Position numbers and translations under genes: made by a program. DNA of 59,155 nucleotides from Bacteroidota bacterium (GTDB taxonomy: Bacteria > Bacteroidota > Bacteroidia > JABEUT01): the NCBI GenBank assembly GCA_013285805.1, contig JABDGY010000004.1:1-59155 (forward strand). The letters run 5' to 3'. Under the pieces are notes generated by a model. The model was not told the origin of the DNA, made no database searches, and saw only the letters and a list, made by a program, of their open reading frames with translations. Each line of letters starts with the position of its first letter. The stretch's first letter is position 1. Below are positions 35,848-42,993 of this stretch, piece after piece.

Positions 35848-36837
35848 ATGACAAGCAGAAGAGACTTTATAAAGAAATCGGCCCTGGCCTCGGCATTGGT
35901 GCTGGGCGGAAATAAATTGCTTAGAGCAGAGAAAGAGAGCGGAGAAAGAGTGCAAGGTGATGGCAAGAAACCAATAGTGCTTTCTACATGGTCGCATGGC
36001 ATACCTGCCAACGATGCAGCATGGAAAATACTTTCTGCAAACGGCAAAGCATTAGATGCAGTGGAGCAAGGCGTAATGGTTCCTGAATCTGACCCTAAAA
36101 ACCGCAGTGTGGGCCTGGGTGGACTGCCTGACCGCGACGGACACGTAACGCTCGATGCTTGCATAATGGATGAAAAAGGGAATTGTGGTTCGGTTGCTTT
36201 CCTGGAAGGTATATTGCATCCTATATCGGTTGCTCGTAAGGTAATGGAGAAAACCCCGCATGTAATGCTGGTAGGCGATGGTGCTTTGCAATTTGCGCTG
36301 GAAAATGGCTTTACAAAAAACGATTATATAATAACCCCGGAAGCCAAAGAAGCCTGGGAGAAGTGGAAGAAGGAAAATAATTATAACCCGAAGGGAGATA
36401 AGGCTAACCACGACACCATTGGTTTAATAGCTATTGATGCAGCAGGTGACTTGTCGGGTGCATGCACTACAAGTGGACTGGCATGGAAGTATCATGGACG
36501 TGTGGGCGATTCGCCTATTATAGGCGATGGCCTTTTTGTAGATAATGAAGTGGGTGCCGCCTGCACCACAGGCAAAGGCGAGGCGGTAATGAAAATATGC
36601 GGCTCAATTGTGGTAGTAGAAATGATGCGAAATGGCAAAACACCTCAGCAAGCTTGTGAAGAGATGATAAAGCGTATGGCTAAAAAGCAAAGCGACTGGA
36701 AAGATTTCCAGGTGGGCGTGCTGGCGCTGAACAGTAACGGAGAACACGGGGCATTTGCTTTGCAAAAAGGATTTCAGTACGCGCTGGCCGTTGATGGAGA
36801 GAATAAGTTATATGATTCTGATTACTTAAATAAATAG
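35848..36837 (+). CDS. Glycosylasparaginase / N4-(beta-N-acetylglucosaminyl)-L-asparaginase (Ntn hydrolase), Tat-type signal
   Basis: It has a twin-arginine leader (MTSRRDFIKKSALASALVLGG). The autoproteolytic site HDT|IGLIAID and the motifs GRVGDSPIIGDG and ACTTGKGEAVMK are typical of the asparaginase_2 family. Confidence 0.85.
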   Translation: MTSRRDFIKKSALASALVLGGNKLLRAEKESGERVQGDGKKPIVLSTWSHGIPANDAAWKILSANGKALDAVEQGVMVPESDPKNRSVGLGGLPDRDGHVTLDACIMDEKGNCGSVAFLEGILHPISVARKVMEKTPHVMLVGDGALQFALENGFTKNDYIITPEAKEAWEKWKKENNYNPKGDKANHDTIGLIAIDAAGDLSGACTTSGLAWKYHGRVGDSPIIGDGLFVDNEVGAACTTGKGEAVMKICGSIVVVEMMRNGKTPQQACEEMIKRMAKKQSDWKDFQVGVLALNSNGEHGAFALQKGFQYALAVDGENKLYDSDYLNK

Positions 36838-36994
36838 TAGTAACTATTGGGTATTAAGTATTAGGACGGTGGAAATTTCCTATAAAATAAAATAGTGTTT
36901 ACAAATTTTTAAGCTGATTTTCAGTACGTTTTTAAGGCGGTTGAAAAATAGTGGGTGAAATACTTGACAACGGCTCCTTCATACTATAGATTAG

Positions 36995-37225
36995 CATAAA
37001 TATTTTCAGAGAGCTCCGAAAATACAAATTGAGTTCTAACAAATAATCTACCTGGAGCAAAGGCTTCGGGAAAGTTTACCGGAAGACCCGACGGGGAATT
37101 ACGGAAGAAACAGGGCCGATAACCGCAAAGGCGGTGTTACCTGCAGGCCAGTGAAAAGAAAAGCAGGTACAACTTATTAAAAACAACTGTGAGGGCTATC
37201 CCGTAAGGTGGCCCTTATTTTATTA
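36995..37225 (+). ncRNA. Candidate small RNA of unknown class in a convergent intergenic gap
   Basis: The 460-bp gap between convergent genes has no ORF. It contains several GC hairpins (ccgcaaaggcgg; acctgc..gcaggt). It ends in a hairpin (gggctatcc cgta aggtggccc, 37193-37214) followed by ttattttatt. The 5' end is undefined. I could not match it to SRP, 6S, tmRNA, RNase P or riboswitch consensus sequences. Confidence 0.25.
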
Positions 37226-37230
37226 AAACG

Positions 37231-37296
37231 ATTTGATAATTTGATGATGTGCCAATTTGATAATGGACCAAACTTGAATTATCAAATCATCAAATT
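37231..37296. repeat. Word-hairpin (ATTTGATAAT/ATCAAATCATCAAAT family)
   Basis: The sequence is atttgataatttgatgatgtgccaatttgataatggaccaaacttgaattatcaaatcatcaaatt. It abuts the stop codon of 37297..38052. Confidence 0.6.
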
Positions 37297-38052
37297 CTAA
37301 TAAGCAATATTCGGGGTCATTTTGCCGAAGGTGTAAACAAGGCTGCCGGTGAGGTTGCCGTAAAACAGAACCGAGCGCATGTAAATTACCTGGTTACTTA
37401 CCGAATTATTATCAATCGCGCTCATAGTGGTATGATATTCAAATTCTGCAATAAGCATATCGGCATTGGCCATTAAAGCCCAATGATTTGAAAGTATATA
37501 GCCAAGCCCTATTCCGGGGCCAAAGCCCAAAGCAGCCGTATTAGCCCTGTATATGGTTTCCGATATTGTATTTGCAGGCGGATAAGTACTATATGAATAG
37601 TTTATGTCGCTTTGGTTCAAAAAAACAGGGCCAAACATAATCCGTAGCTCTATAGCAAATGGGGTAGTGCGCTGCGGCAGTTTTATATTGAGTCCCGTCA
37701 TGAAGTAATATACATGGTATATATTCACCCCGCTTGCCTGGTAAGGGTAATTACTGCTGTCTCCGTAAAACCCCAGGTATTGCGATATGTTGAACTTAGG
37801 GGATAGGTAACCTGCTACAAATGGTATTCCGAAATAAGTCGACTTTAAAGCCAGCAAGCCCGATAATGAAAATTCAGGAGTGTTTTCGCCCCAGAAAGGG
37901 TAAGCGTATTTGGTGTTTGAGGCAGGGCGCAGGTTTATACCATACCCGGCATTTACCGATACGAATGAATGCATATAATGAACGGTATCTTTCTGCGCGC
38001 TGGTAAAGCGCAGGCCTAAAACGAACATTAGTATAGTTAACCGGTATTTCAT
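37297..38052 (-). CDS. Outer-membrane beta-barrel protein, unknown family
   Basis: It has a signal peptide (MKYRLTILMFVLGLRFTSAQ) and Y/G/N-rich alternating strands. The C-terminal strand reads LTGSLVYTFG. The start is taken at the internal MKYR; the ORF track extends to 38082. Confidence 0.6.
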   Translation of the reverse strand: MKYRLTILMFVLGLRFTSAQKDTVHYMHSFVSVNAGYGINLRPASNTKYAYPFWGENTPEFSLSGLLALKSTYFGIPFVAGYLSPKFNISQYLGFYGDSSNYPYQASGVNIYHVYYFMTGLNIKLPQRTTPFAIELRIMFGPVFLNQSDINYSYSTYPPANTISETIYRANTAALGFGPGIGLGYILSNHWALMANADMLIAEFEYHTTMSAIDNNSVSNQVIYMRSVLFYGNLTGSLVYTFGKMTPNIAY

Positions 38053-38084
38053 TTTGCCGTACGGAGAAAGCAATTCATACAAAA

Positions 38085-38119
38085 GTAGTATTAAGTACTA
38101 AGTATTAGGTATTAAGTGG
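38085..38119. repeat. Single word arm (AGTATTAAGTA family)
   Basis: The sequence is agtagtattaagtactaagtattaggtattaagtgg: four tandem degenerate words. Confidence 0.5.
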
Positions 38120-38211
38120 TGAGATTTGAGACTAACAGCCAAGCCTTCATTCAGAATTTACAATACGATTTCCCTTCTTTTTATTATTCTTGTAGTATAA
38201 ACTCTGTTGTA

Positions 38212-39003
38212 ATGAGAACACTTGCCGCTTTTATTTCTTTTTTACTTATTGTTATAACATACTCATGCAATAATGCAGGTGTGAGTAACAGTAATGGCAA
38301 TAGGGCCGATACAGGCAAAGTGAAAGTTGTGTCAAGGACGTCGACCCCGATGGAAAGACTGCTTAGCCACTTCAATGAGACTAATAAATTTCCCCTGATA
38401 GTAGATTCAGTATATATAGCGAATATTGATAAGAGTGATTCGCTTGGCACCAATGAATTGAAGATGCTGGCGGCCCACTGGATGAAGGATAGCCTGATAG
38501 ATGGAATAGATTATACAATGAAGAATTTTTATACGATTGATTCTGCAAAAGCCAAGCACGCATTTGATAAATGGGCCGAAAAGCTTGATATAGGAATGAT
38601 GAAGTTTGCTAATGCTTATGGGTTGAAAAGTATAAAACTTGATGATAGTACAAACCTGCTTATCTGGGCGCTGCATTGTTCGAGTTATGAGGCCGATCCG
38701 TTCTTTGTGTTTACTGATATTTACTTTACCATTGTTTATAACGGCACAATAGGCAAAACCTTTTTACTGGGTGAGGATTATGCCGGTGGCGACCCGCCAA
38801 GTATGGGTAACACGCGGATTAATGGTACACTTTATAAAGATGGTAAACTGGCACTGGACTGGACTAATCTTATTGTGGATATAGATTCAGATTCGGGCGA
38901 GCTTAGCCATGTGCAATATGAATACGCTATTAAAAGCGGACAGATAATAAAGAAGGCTGAAAAAATTGATGATGTGAAGGAGTTAAAAGTTAAGAGTGAA
39001 TAA
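38212..39003 (+). CDS. Lipoprotein, unknown function
   Basis: The internal start MRTLAAFISFLLIVITYSC gives a lipoprotein-type signal. The upstream part of ORF 38116.. overlaps the word repeat and is probably non-coding. Confidence 0.55.
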   Translation: MRTLAAFISFLLIVITYSCNNAGVSNSNGNRADTGKVKVVSRTSTPMERLLSHFNETNKFPLIVDSVYIANIDKSDSLGTNELKMLAAHWMKDSLIDGIDYTMKNFYTIDSAKAKHAFDKWAEKLDIGMMKFANAYGLKSIKLDDSTNLLIWALHCSSYEADPFFVFTDIYFTIVYNGTIGKTFLLGEDYAGGDPPSMGNTRINGTLYKDGKLALDWTNLIVDIDSDSGELSHVQYEYAIKSGQIIKKAEKIDDVKELKVKSE

Positions 39004-39506
39004 TGGAGAATGAGGAGCCCGGTTTTTTTCCGGGAATAAATAAGCTGGTAGAGAAGCAATCTCCTGAAGTGGAGGTGAAGGAAAGTGCCACTGCAACTAA
39101 AAGAGTTTATGGGACACTTGGCCAACGGATTATTGCAGGCCTTATAGACGCATGTATCGTGGGGATTCCCTTGCTGTTTATAAATGCCCTGCTTGCTGCT
39201 GGTGACGGCATGAGGGGCCGTTCCGCCGGGCTTGATTTATTGTACACTGCTGTGTATACACTCTATTATGGGCTGACGGAAAGTTCGGACAAACAAGCTT
39301 CGGTGGGTAAAAGGGCCATGTTCTTAAAAGTGATTGATGAAAGAGGAAATAGACTGACATTTAAAAAAGCGGCATTGCGTTACCTGGCAAAAATTATTTC
39401 AATAATACCGCTTGGTTTTGGTATATGGGCCATTGACGGGGACAAAAAAGGCCAAAGCTGGCACGACATGCTTATGGGCACATACGTAATAAGGGAAAAA
39501 AACTGA
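39003..39506 (+). CDS. RDD-family membrane protein
   Basis: The RDD-domain pattern is present (QRIIAGLIDACIVGIPLLF..; ..GKRAMFLKVIDERGNRLTFKKAALRYLAKIIS..; SWHDMLMGTYV). The start codon overlaps the stop of the upstream gene (taATGg). Confidence 0.75.
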   Translation: MENEEPGFFPGINKLVEKQSPEVEVKESATATKRVYGTLGQRIIAGLIDACIVGIPLLFINALLAAGDGMRGRSAGLDLLYTAVYTLYYGLTESSDKQASVGKRAMFLKVIDERGNRLTFKKAALRYLAKIISIIPLGFGIWAIDGDKKGQSWHDMLMGTYVIREKN

Positions 39507-39598
39507 CGAGGATTAATCTCCGCTTACAAAGTATTTCGTAATCCTGCCAATTGCCCGCCGCTCTTACTTCTTACATATTACTTTTTACTTCATAGGGA

Positions 39599-39663
39599 GG
39601 GGGTGTTGAAAACTATATCACTATTTTGTTTAATAATATTAAACAATGTGTTTATATTTGCAT
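39599..39663 (+). promoter_or_regulatory. Conserved 65-bp promoter-like motif, copy 2 (upstream of connector-to-chaperone block)
   Basis: The sequence is gggggtgttgaaaactatatcactattttgtttaataatattaaacaatgtgtttatatttgcat. It is 57/65 identical to copy 1 with no gaps. The TATATTTG -7 box lies at 39653-39660. Confidence 0.6.
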
Positions 39664-39670
39664 TGTATTT

Positions 39671-39760
39671 AATTTGATAATTCGGCCATTTGGTTATTTG
39701 ATGATGAAAGCAGTATAATCTGACAATTATCAAATTACCAAATCATCAAATTACCAAATT
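39671..39760. repeat. Word-hairpin in the 5' leader of the connector gene (ATTTGATAAT family)
   Basis: The left arm is aatttgataattcggccatttggttatttgatgatg. The right arm is aattatcaaattaccaaatcatcaaattaccaaatt. About 27 of 36 positions are complementary. Confidence 0.65.
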
Positions 39761-39783
39761 GTAAACACTCAAAATTAAATGAC

Positions 39784-40392
39784 ATGGCCCTCACAGAGAT
39801 AAAAGTAGTAACGCCTCCGGCGACAGAACTAAGCCTGAGCACAGTAAAAAGCTACCTGCGTATAGATTTCACCGACGACGATGCACTCATCACTACACTT
39901 ATACAGTCGGCTCGGGAACGCGCAGAGCAATATTGTAACCGCTCATTCATCACTCAAACGCTGGAGGCATACTACGATAAAATTGAAAAGAACTTTACCC
40001 TGCCACGCTCACCTATACAAAGCGTAAGCACGGTAAAGCTTATTTACCTTAATGAGGTAAGTGTACTTACCCAGAATGCCGATTACTATGTAATGGGTAA
40101 CCAGGACCAGTGGATTACTATTACGGCCACCACCTATAACCTGCCTCCCGGTTTTTCTCCGGGCGATGACCTCAGCCGCTACCACTTGGATGTAACATAT
40201 ACTTCGGGTTACGGCAGTTCATGGACCAATGTGCCTATGGGAATACAGGAGGCCATTATGAAAATGGTAGGAGCGGCTTATGAGGTACGCGAAGATGTGG
40301 CCCAATTAAGCACAAAAGGCATCAGCAACCTGATGGTAATACCTAACGACGCAAAGAGCCTGCTCAATGCCTATAGAGTAATTCCACTATAA
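39784..40392 (+). CDS. Phage gp6-like head-tail connector (adaptor) protein
   Basis: The N-terminus LSLSTVKSYLRIDFTDDDALITTLIQSARERAEQYCNRSFITQT is the classic gp6-like (Phage_connect_1) signature. Confidence 0.8.
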   Translation: MALTEIKVVTPPATELSLSTVKSYLRIDFTDDDALITTLIQSARERAEQYCNRSFITQTLEAYYDKIEKNFTLPRSPIQSVSTVKLIYLNEVSVLTQNADYYVMGNQDQWITITATTYNLPPGFSPGDDLSRYHLDVTYTSGYGSSWTNVPMGIQEAIMKMVGAAYEVREDVAQLSTKGISNLMVIPNDAKSLLNAYRVIPL

Positions 40393-40394
40393 AC

Positions 40395-40480
40395 GATGAA
40401 TTATGAATGATGAGTTATAAGTGACAAAAAAACTGTATGTCAATTCATAAATCTTAATTCATAATTCTTAAATCTTAAAT
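40395..40480. repeat. Word-hairpin between connector and head-closure genes (GAATTATGAAT / AATTCATAA family)
   Basis: The left arm gatgaattatgaatgatgagttataagtgac and the right arm aattcataaatcttaattcataattcttaaatcttaaat are imperfect complements. Confidence 0.55.
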
Positions 40481-40485
40481 GGAAC

Positions 40486-40824
40486 ATGATTGGTTCAATG
40501 CGATATAAACTAAATATAGAACAACTCTCCACCACACCCGATGGCGCCGGAGGTACATCCGCAACCTGGAGCACGCTTAAAACAATGTTTGCCTTTGTCG
40601 AGGTAAACACCTCCGGCCGCCTTTTTATACAGGGCCAGGAATATGTGGGAACATATTATACAATTAACTGCAGGTATAACTCTTTCAAGTATACAGCACC
40701 AATTGAGAACTATCGTTTGGTTGTTGACCCCGACGGAGTGAACCGCAGCTTGAAAATATTAACTATAAATAATCCCGACCTGCTGAAAGTGTATTTAACT
40801 ATAACAGCAATTGATAACGGGTAA
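40486..40824 (+). CDS. Phage head-closure / head-tail joining protein
   Basis: It is 112 aa and reads ..PDGAGGTSATWSTLKTMFAFVEV.SGRLF..GQE....Y.I..RY... Both the position and the pattern fit the SPP1 gp16/HK97 head-tail joining family. Confidence 0.7.
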   Translation: MIGSMRYKLNIEQLSTTPDGAGGTSATWSTLKTMFAFVEVNTSGRLFIQGQEYVGTYYTINCRYNSFKYTAPIENYRLVVDPDGVNRSLKILTINNPDLLKVYLTITAIDNG

Positions 40825-40826
40825 CA

Positions 40827-40857
40827 TTAATTAAGAATTAAAAATTAAAGATTAAAA
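40827..40857. repeat. Single word arm (ATTAAAGATTAAAAAT family)
   Basis: The sequence is ttaattaagaattaaaaattaaagattaaaa. It fills the whole 33-nt spacer between two phage genes. Confidence 0.5.
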
Positions 40858-41280
40858 ATGTTTTCATTGAAGATAGAAGGAGTGGATGATTTGTTGAATA
40901 AGTATCAACAGGCAACAGATGCATTAGCAGAGCAAGTAAAGGTGGCTGTGGCAGAAACAGCAGAGACTATAGCCGATAATGCAAGGCAAAATTGTAGGGG
41001 AAAACTTAAAGATTCTATTGCAGTAAATATAGCTGATGACAGGATGAGTGCAGTAATAAGCGCAGACCACCCGGATGCAGCCTTTATAGAATACGGTGTT
41101 AGAATTCCTGAAATACATACGAAAGATGCAAAGACATTACACTGGAAAGAAGATGGCAAGGATGTCTTTGCGAAATCGGCAAAAGGACATGAAATGGCCC
41201 CACGGCCCTTTATGAATCCTGCATTTGAAGAAAATGCACAAAAATTACTAGATACCTTAAGCGATATTACAGGACAATGA
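40858..41280 (+). CDS. HK97 gp10-like tail/neck component
   Basis: It is 140 aa, with GKLKDSI.., AAFIEYGV.. and APRPFMNPAFEEN as in HK97-gp10_like proteins. Confidence 0.7.
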   Translation: MFSLKIEGVDDLLNKYQQATDALAEQVKVAVAETAETIADNARQNCRGKLKDSIAVNIADDRMSAVISADHPDAAFIEYGVRIPEIHTKDAKTLHWKEDGKDVFAKSAKGHEMAPRPFMNPAFEENAQKLLDTLSDITGQ

Positions 41281-41723
41281 AAGACTCAAGCAAAATAATA
41301 CGTACTGCATACTATAACGCATTGAATAATGTGGTGCAGTTTAACTCAGCCGGTGTGCCGCTATACGATTCGGTGCCATCGAACGCAGCATACCCTTACA
41401 TATATGTGTCAGATTACACTGCAGTTGAAGAAACTACAAAAGACTTCTTCGGGCAGAATGTAACTATAACGCTGGTTGTCGCCATGAAGTACCCGGCCAA
41501 CTATGGCGGGCAGAATGATATTGATGGCATTGTAAGCCAGGTAACAGGTATTGTACGTGGCACCATAACCACATCGCAACCACTTTCATTCACGCCCGAT
41601 TTTCAAAACATAATAACACAGGTTGACCAATCGAACTACTTTAAACAGGAAGTGGCCGATGGCATTGTATATTACAGAACAATAAAATTCAGGCACCGCA
41701 TTACACAAATAACGAATGGATAA
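41277..41723 (+). CDS. Tail terminator/completion-like protein (DUF3168-like)
   Basis: It overlaps the upstream stop by 4 nt. The pattern ..VPLYDSVPSNAAYPYIYVSDYT.. resembles the vYd.vP....PYv motif of DUF3168. It lies immediately before the tube gene. Confidence 0.6.
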   Translation: MKDSSKIIRTAYYNALNNVVQFNSAGVPLYDSVPSNAAYPYIYVSDYTAVEETTKDFFGQNVTITLVVAMKYPANYGGQNDIDGIVSQVTGIVRGTITTSQPLSFTPDFQNIITQVDQSNYFKQEVADGIVYYRTIKFRHRITQITNG

Positions 41724-41757
41724 CTTTCAACTTTATAAACTTTACAAACTTTAAACT
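41722..41757. repeat. Single word arm (ACTTTATAAACTT family)
   Basis: The sequence is aactttcaactttataaactttacaaactttaaact. It lies in the spacer between two tail genes. Confidence 0.5.
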
Positions 41758-41765
41758 AAAATAAC

Positions 41766-42191
41766 ATGGGAAAAATTAATGGAACTAACCTGCTTGTATA
41801 TGTAAATACCGGCAGCGGAGGAATTGAACCCTGCAGCTATTCGCAGGATTGCAAACTTAGCATTGACATGGGCACAGCTAATGCCACCACCAAAGACAGC
41901 GGAGGCTGGGATGAAATTATTGCCACCAATGGCAAATGGACAATGGATACTAGCGGCCTGGTTGATTTCCACCCTAGTGGAGCACATAATGTAGCTGATT
42001 TGTTTACGTCCATGACAGCCAAAAGCACAGTGAATGTATATTTTCAGCTAAGTGACCCTGTAACGGGCGATAAAGGCTGGACAGGCACCGCATATATTAC
42101 CAAGCTGGAACAAGATGCCAAAGACAAAGATGTGGTAAGCTATTCGGTGACTTTTGAAGGCACAGGCGCGCTTACTATGGCAACATCATAA
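41766..42191 (+). CDS. Major tail (tube) protein, TP901-1/RcGTA g9-like
   Basis: It is 141 aa and reads GTNLLVYVN..; ..ATTKDSGGWDEIIATNGKWTMDTSGLVDF..; ..YSVTFEGTGAL. Size, position and pattern fit the TP901-1-type major tail family. Confidence 0.75.
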   Translation: MGKINGTNLLVYVNTGSGGIEPCSYSQDCKLSIDMGTANATTKDSGGWDEIIATNGKWTMDTSGLVDFHPSGAHNVADLFTSMTAKSTVNVYFQLSDPVTGDKGWTGTAYITKLEQDAKDKDVVSYSVTFEGTGALTMATS

Positions 42192-42208
42192 TATCAAATT
42201 AGCAGACT

Positions 42209-42598
42209 ATGGTTTTTGTAACAATAGGTGGCAAACAACGCCCGTTTAAGTTTGGCTTCAATGCCATAGATATTTTTTGCCGTGAGCATAATATAGGTAT
42301 AAGCGAGTTTGGCGAGCGCTTTGCTAAAATAGGTAAAGGAAATGCCACCATAGGCGAACTGCGCGATATAATATTCGCCGGCCTGGCCGGAGGTGCCCTG
42401 ACAAGCGGAGAACAAATTGACTTTACTTCTTTCCATGTAGGTGATTGGATGGATGAACTTCCACAAGGCGAATTGGCCAAAATGATGGAAGCGATTACCC
42501 AGTCTGTTAATGTACCGGGTAAAAAAAAATTACCGCAGGCAACCCCGGCCAAAGTGGCGGGGACGAAGAAAGAGAAGGTAGTAGGGAAGAGGCCCTGA
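42209..42598 (+). CDS. Tail assembly chaperone (G-like, zero-frame product)
   Basis: It lies directly after the tube gene. The pattern VTIGGKQRPFKFGFNAIDIF..IGELRDIIFAGLAGG resembles the GTA/phage TAC (g10-like) family. A slippery A9 run lies near the 3' end. Confidence 0.7.
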   Translation: MVFVTIGGKQRPFKFGFNAIDIFCREHNIGISEFGERFAKIGKGNATIGELRDIIFAGLAGGALTSGEQIDFTSFHVGDWMDELPQGELAKMMEAITQSVNVPGKKKLPQATPAKVAGTKKEKVVGKRP

Positions 42599-42915
42599 CC
42601 TGGAGCGAACTGCTCATTCATAGCTCACGCGCGGGTGTATCGTATTCCGATTTCTGGAAAATGGCACCCTGCGAGTGGGCTTTTTATATGGAAGGCTACC
42701 GGCAGCGTGAAGAGGAGGCATGGCTGCGCACCAGAACCATATATACATTAATGTACAATATAAATGTCGACAAGCACCACCAGATGTCGCCGGCTGAACT
42801 TATGCCATTACCTTGTGATGAGAGGAATGAAAAGCACAGGGAAGCCGGGAAAGCAAAATATCTGACTGATGAAGAGAGGGAGAAAATCATTGCGTTGTAC
42901 AAAGCCAGGTGCTAA
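42209..42915 (+). CDS. Predicted -1 frameshift fusion chaperone (GT-like product)
   Basis: A slip at 42523-42529 joins about 107 aa of the G-like ORF to 129 aa of the -1 frame (..ITAGNPGQSGGDEEREG..SYSDFWKMAPCEWAFYMEGY..). The FW..tP.E motif resembles phage TAC_6/RcGTA g10.1-type proteins. The annotated ORF 42661..42915 is the distal part of this frame. Confidence 0.6.
42523..42529 (+). promoter_or_regulatory. A AAA AAA slippery heptamer for programmed -1 ribosomal frameshifting
   Basis: The zero frame reads GGU AAA AAA AAA UUA (A-run 42521-42529). The -1 frame has its last stop at 42520-42522 and is then open from 42523 through to 42915. Confidence 0.65.
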
Positions 42916-42993
42916 AAATTATAGCAACTTGCTCTATGAATATCCTACTTTCTTAAAAATGCCGTAATATTGCTTTACCATTAAAATAACCTT

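Noticed and set aside
36995-37225. Specific identity of the structured intergenic core (SRP RNA, glycine or cobalamin riboswitch, 6S, tmRNA, RNase P).
   Set aside because: Short resemblances exist (GTTTACC, CGGAAG..ACAG). However, they do not place a GNRA loop in a paired context as SRP domain IV requires. The riboswitch consensus boxes are absent, and no gene lies downstream on the same strand. It is kept only as an unclassified candidate.
42661-42915. The 84-aa ORF as an independently initiated gene.
   Set aside because: Its reading frame is open 138 nt further upstream, right back to the A9 slippery run inside the preceding chaperone gene. This matches the canonical G/GT -1 frameshift arrangement. 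Independent initiation at the ATG cannot be excluded without experiment.
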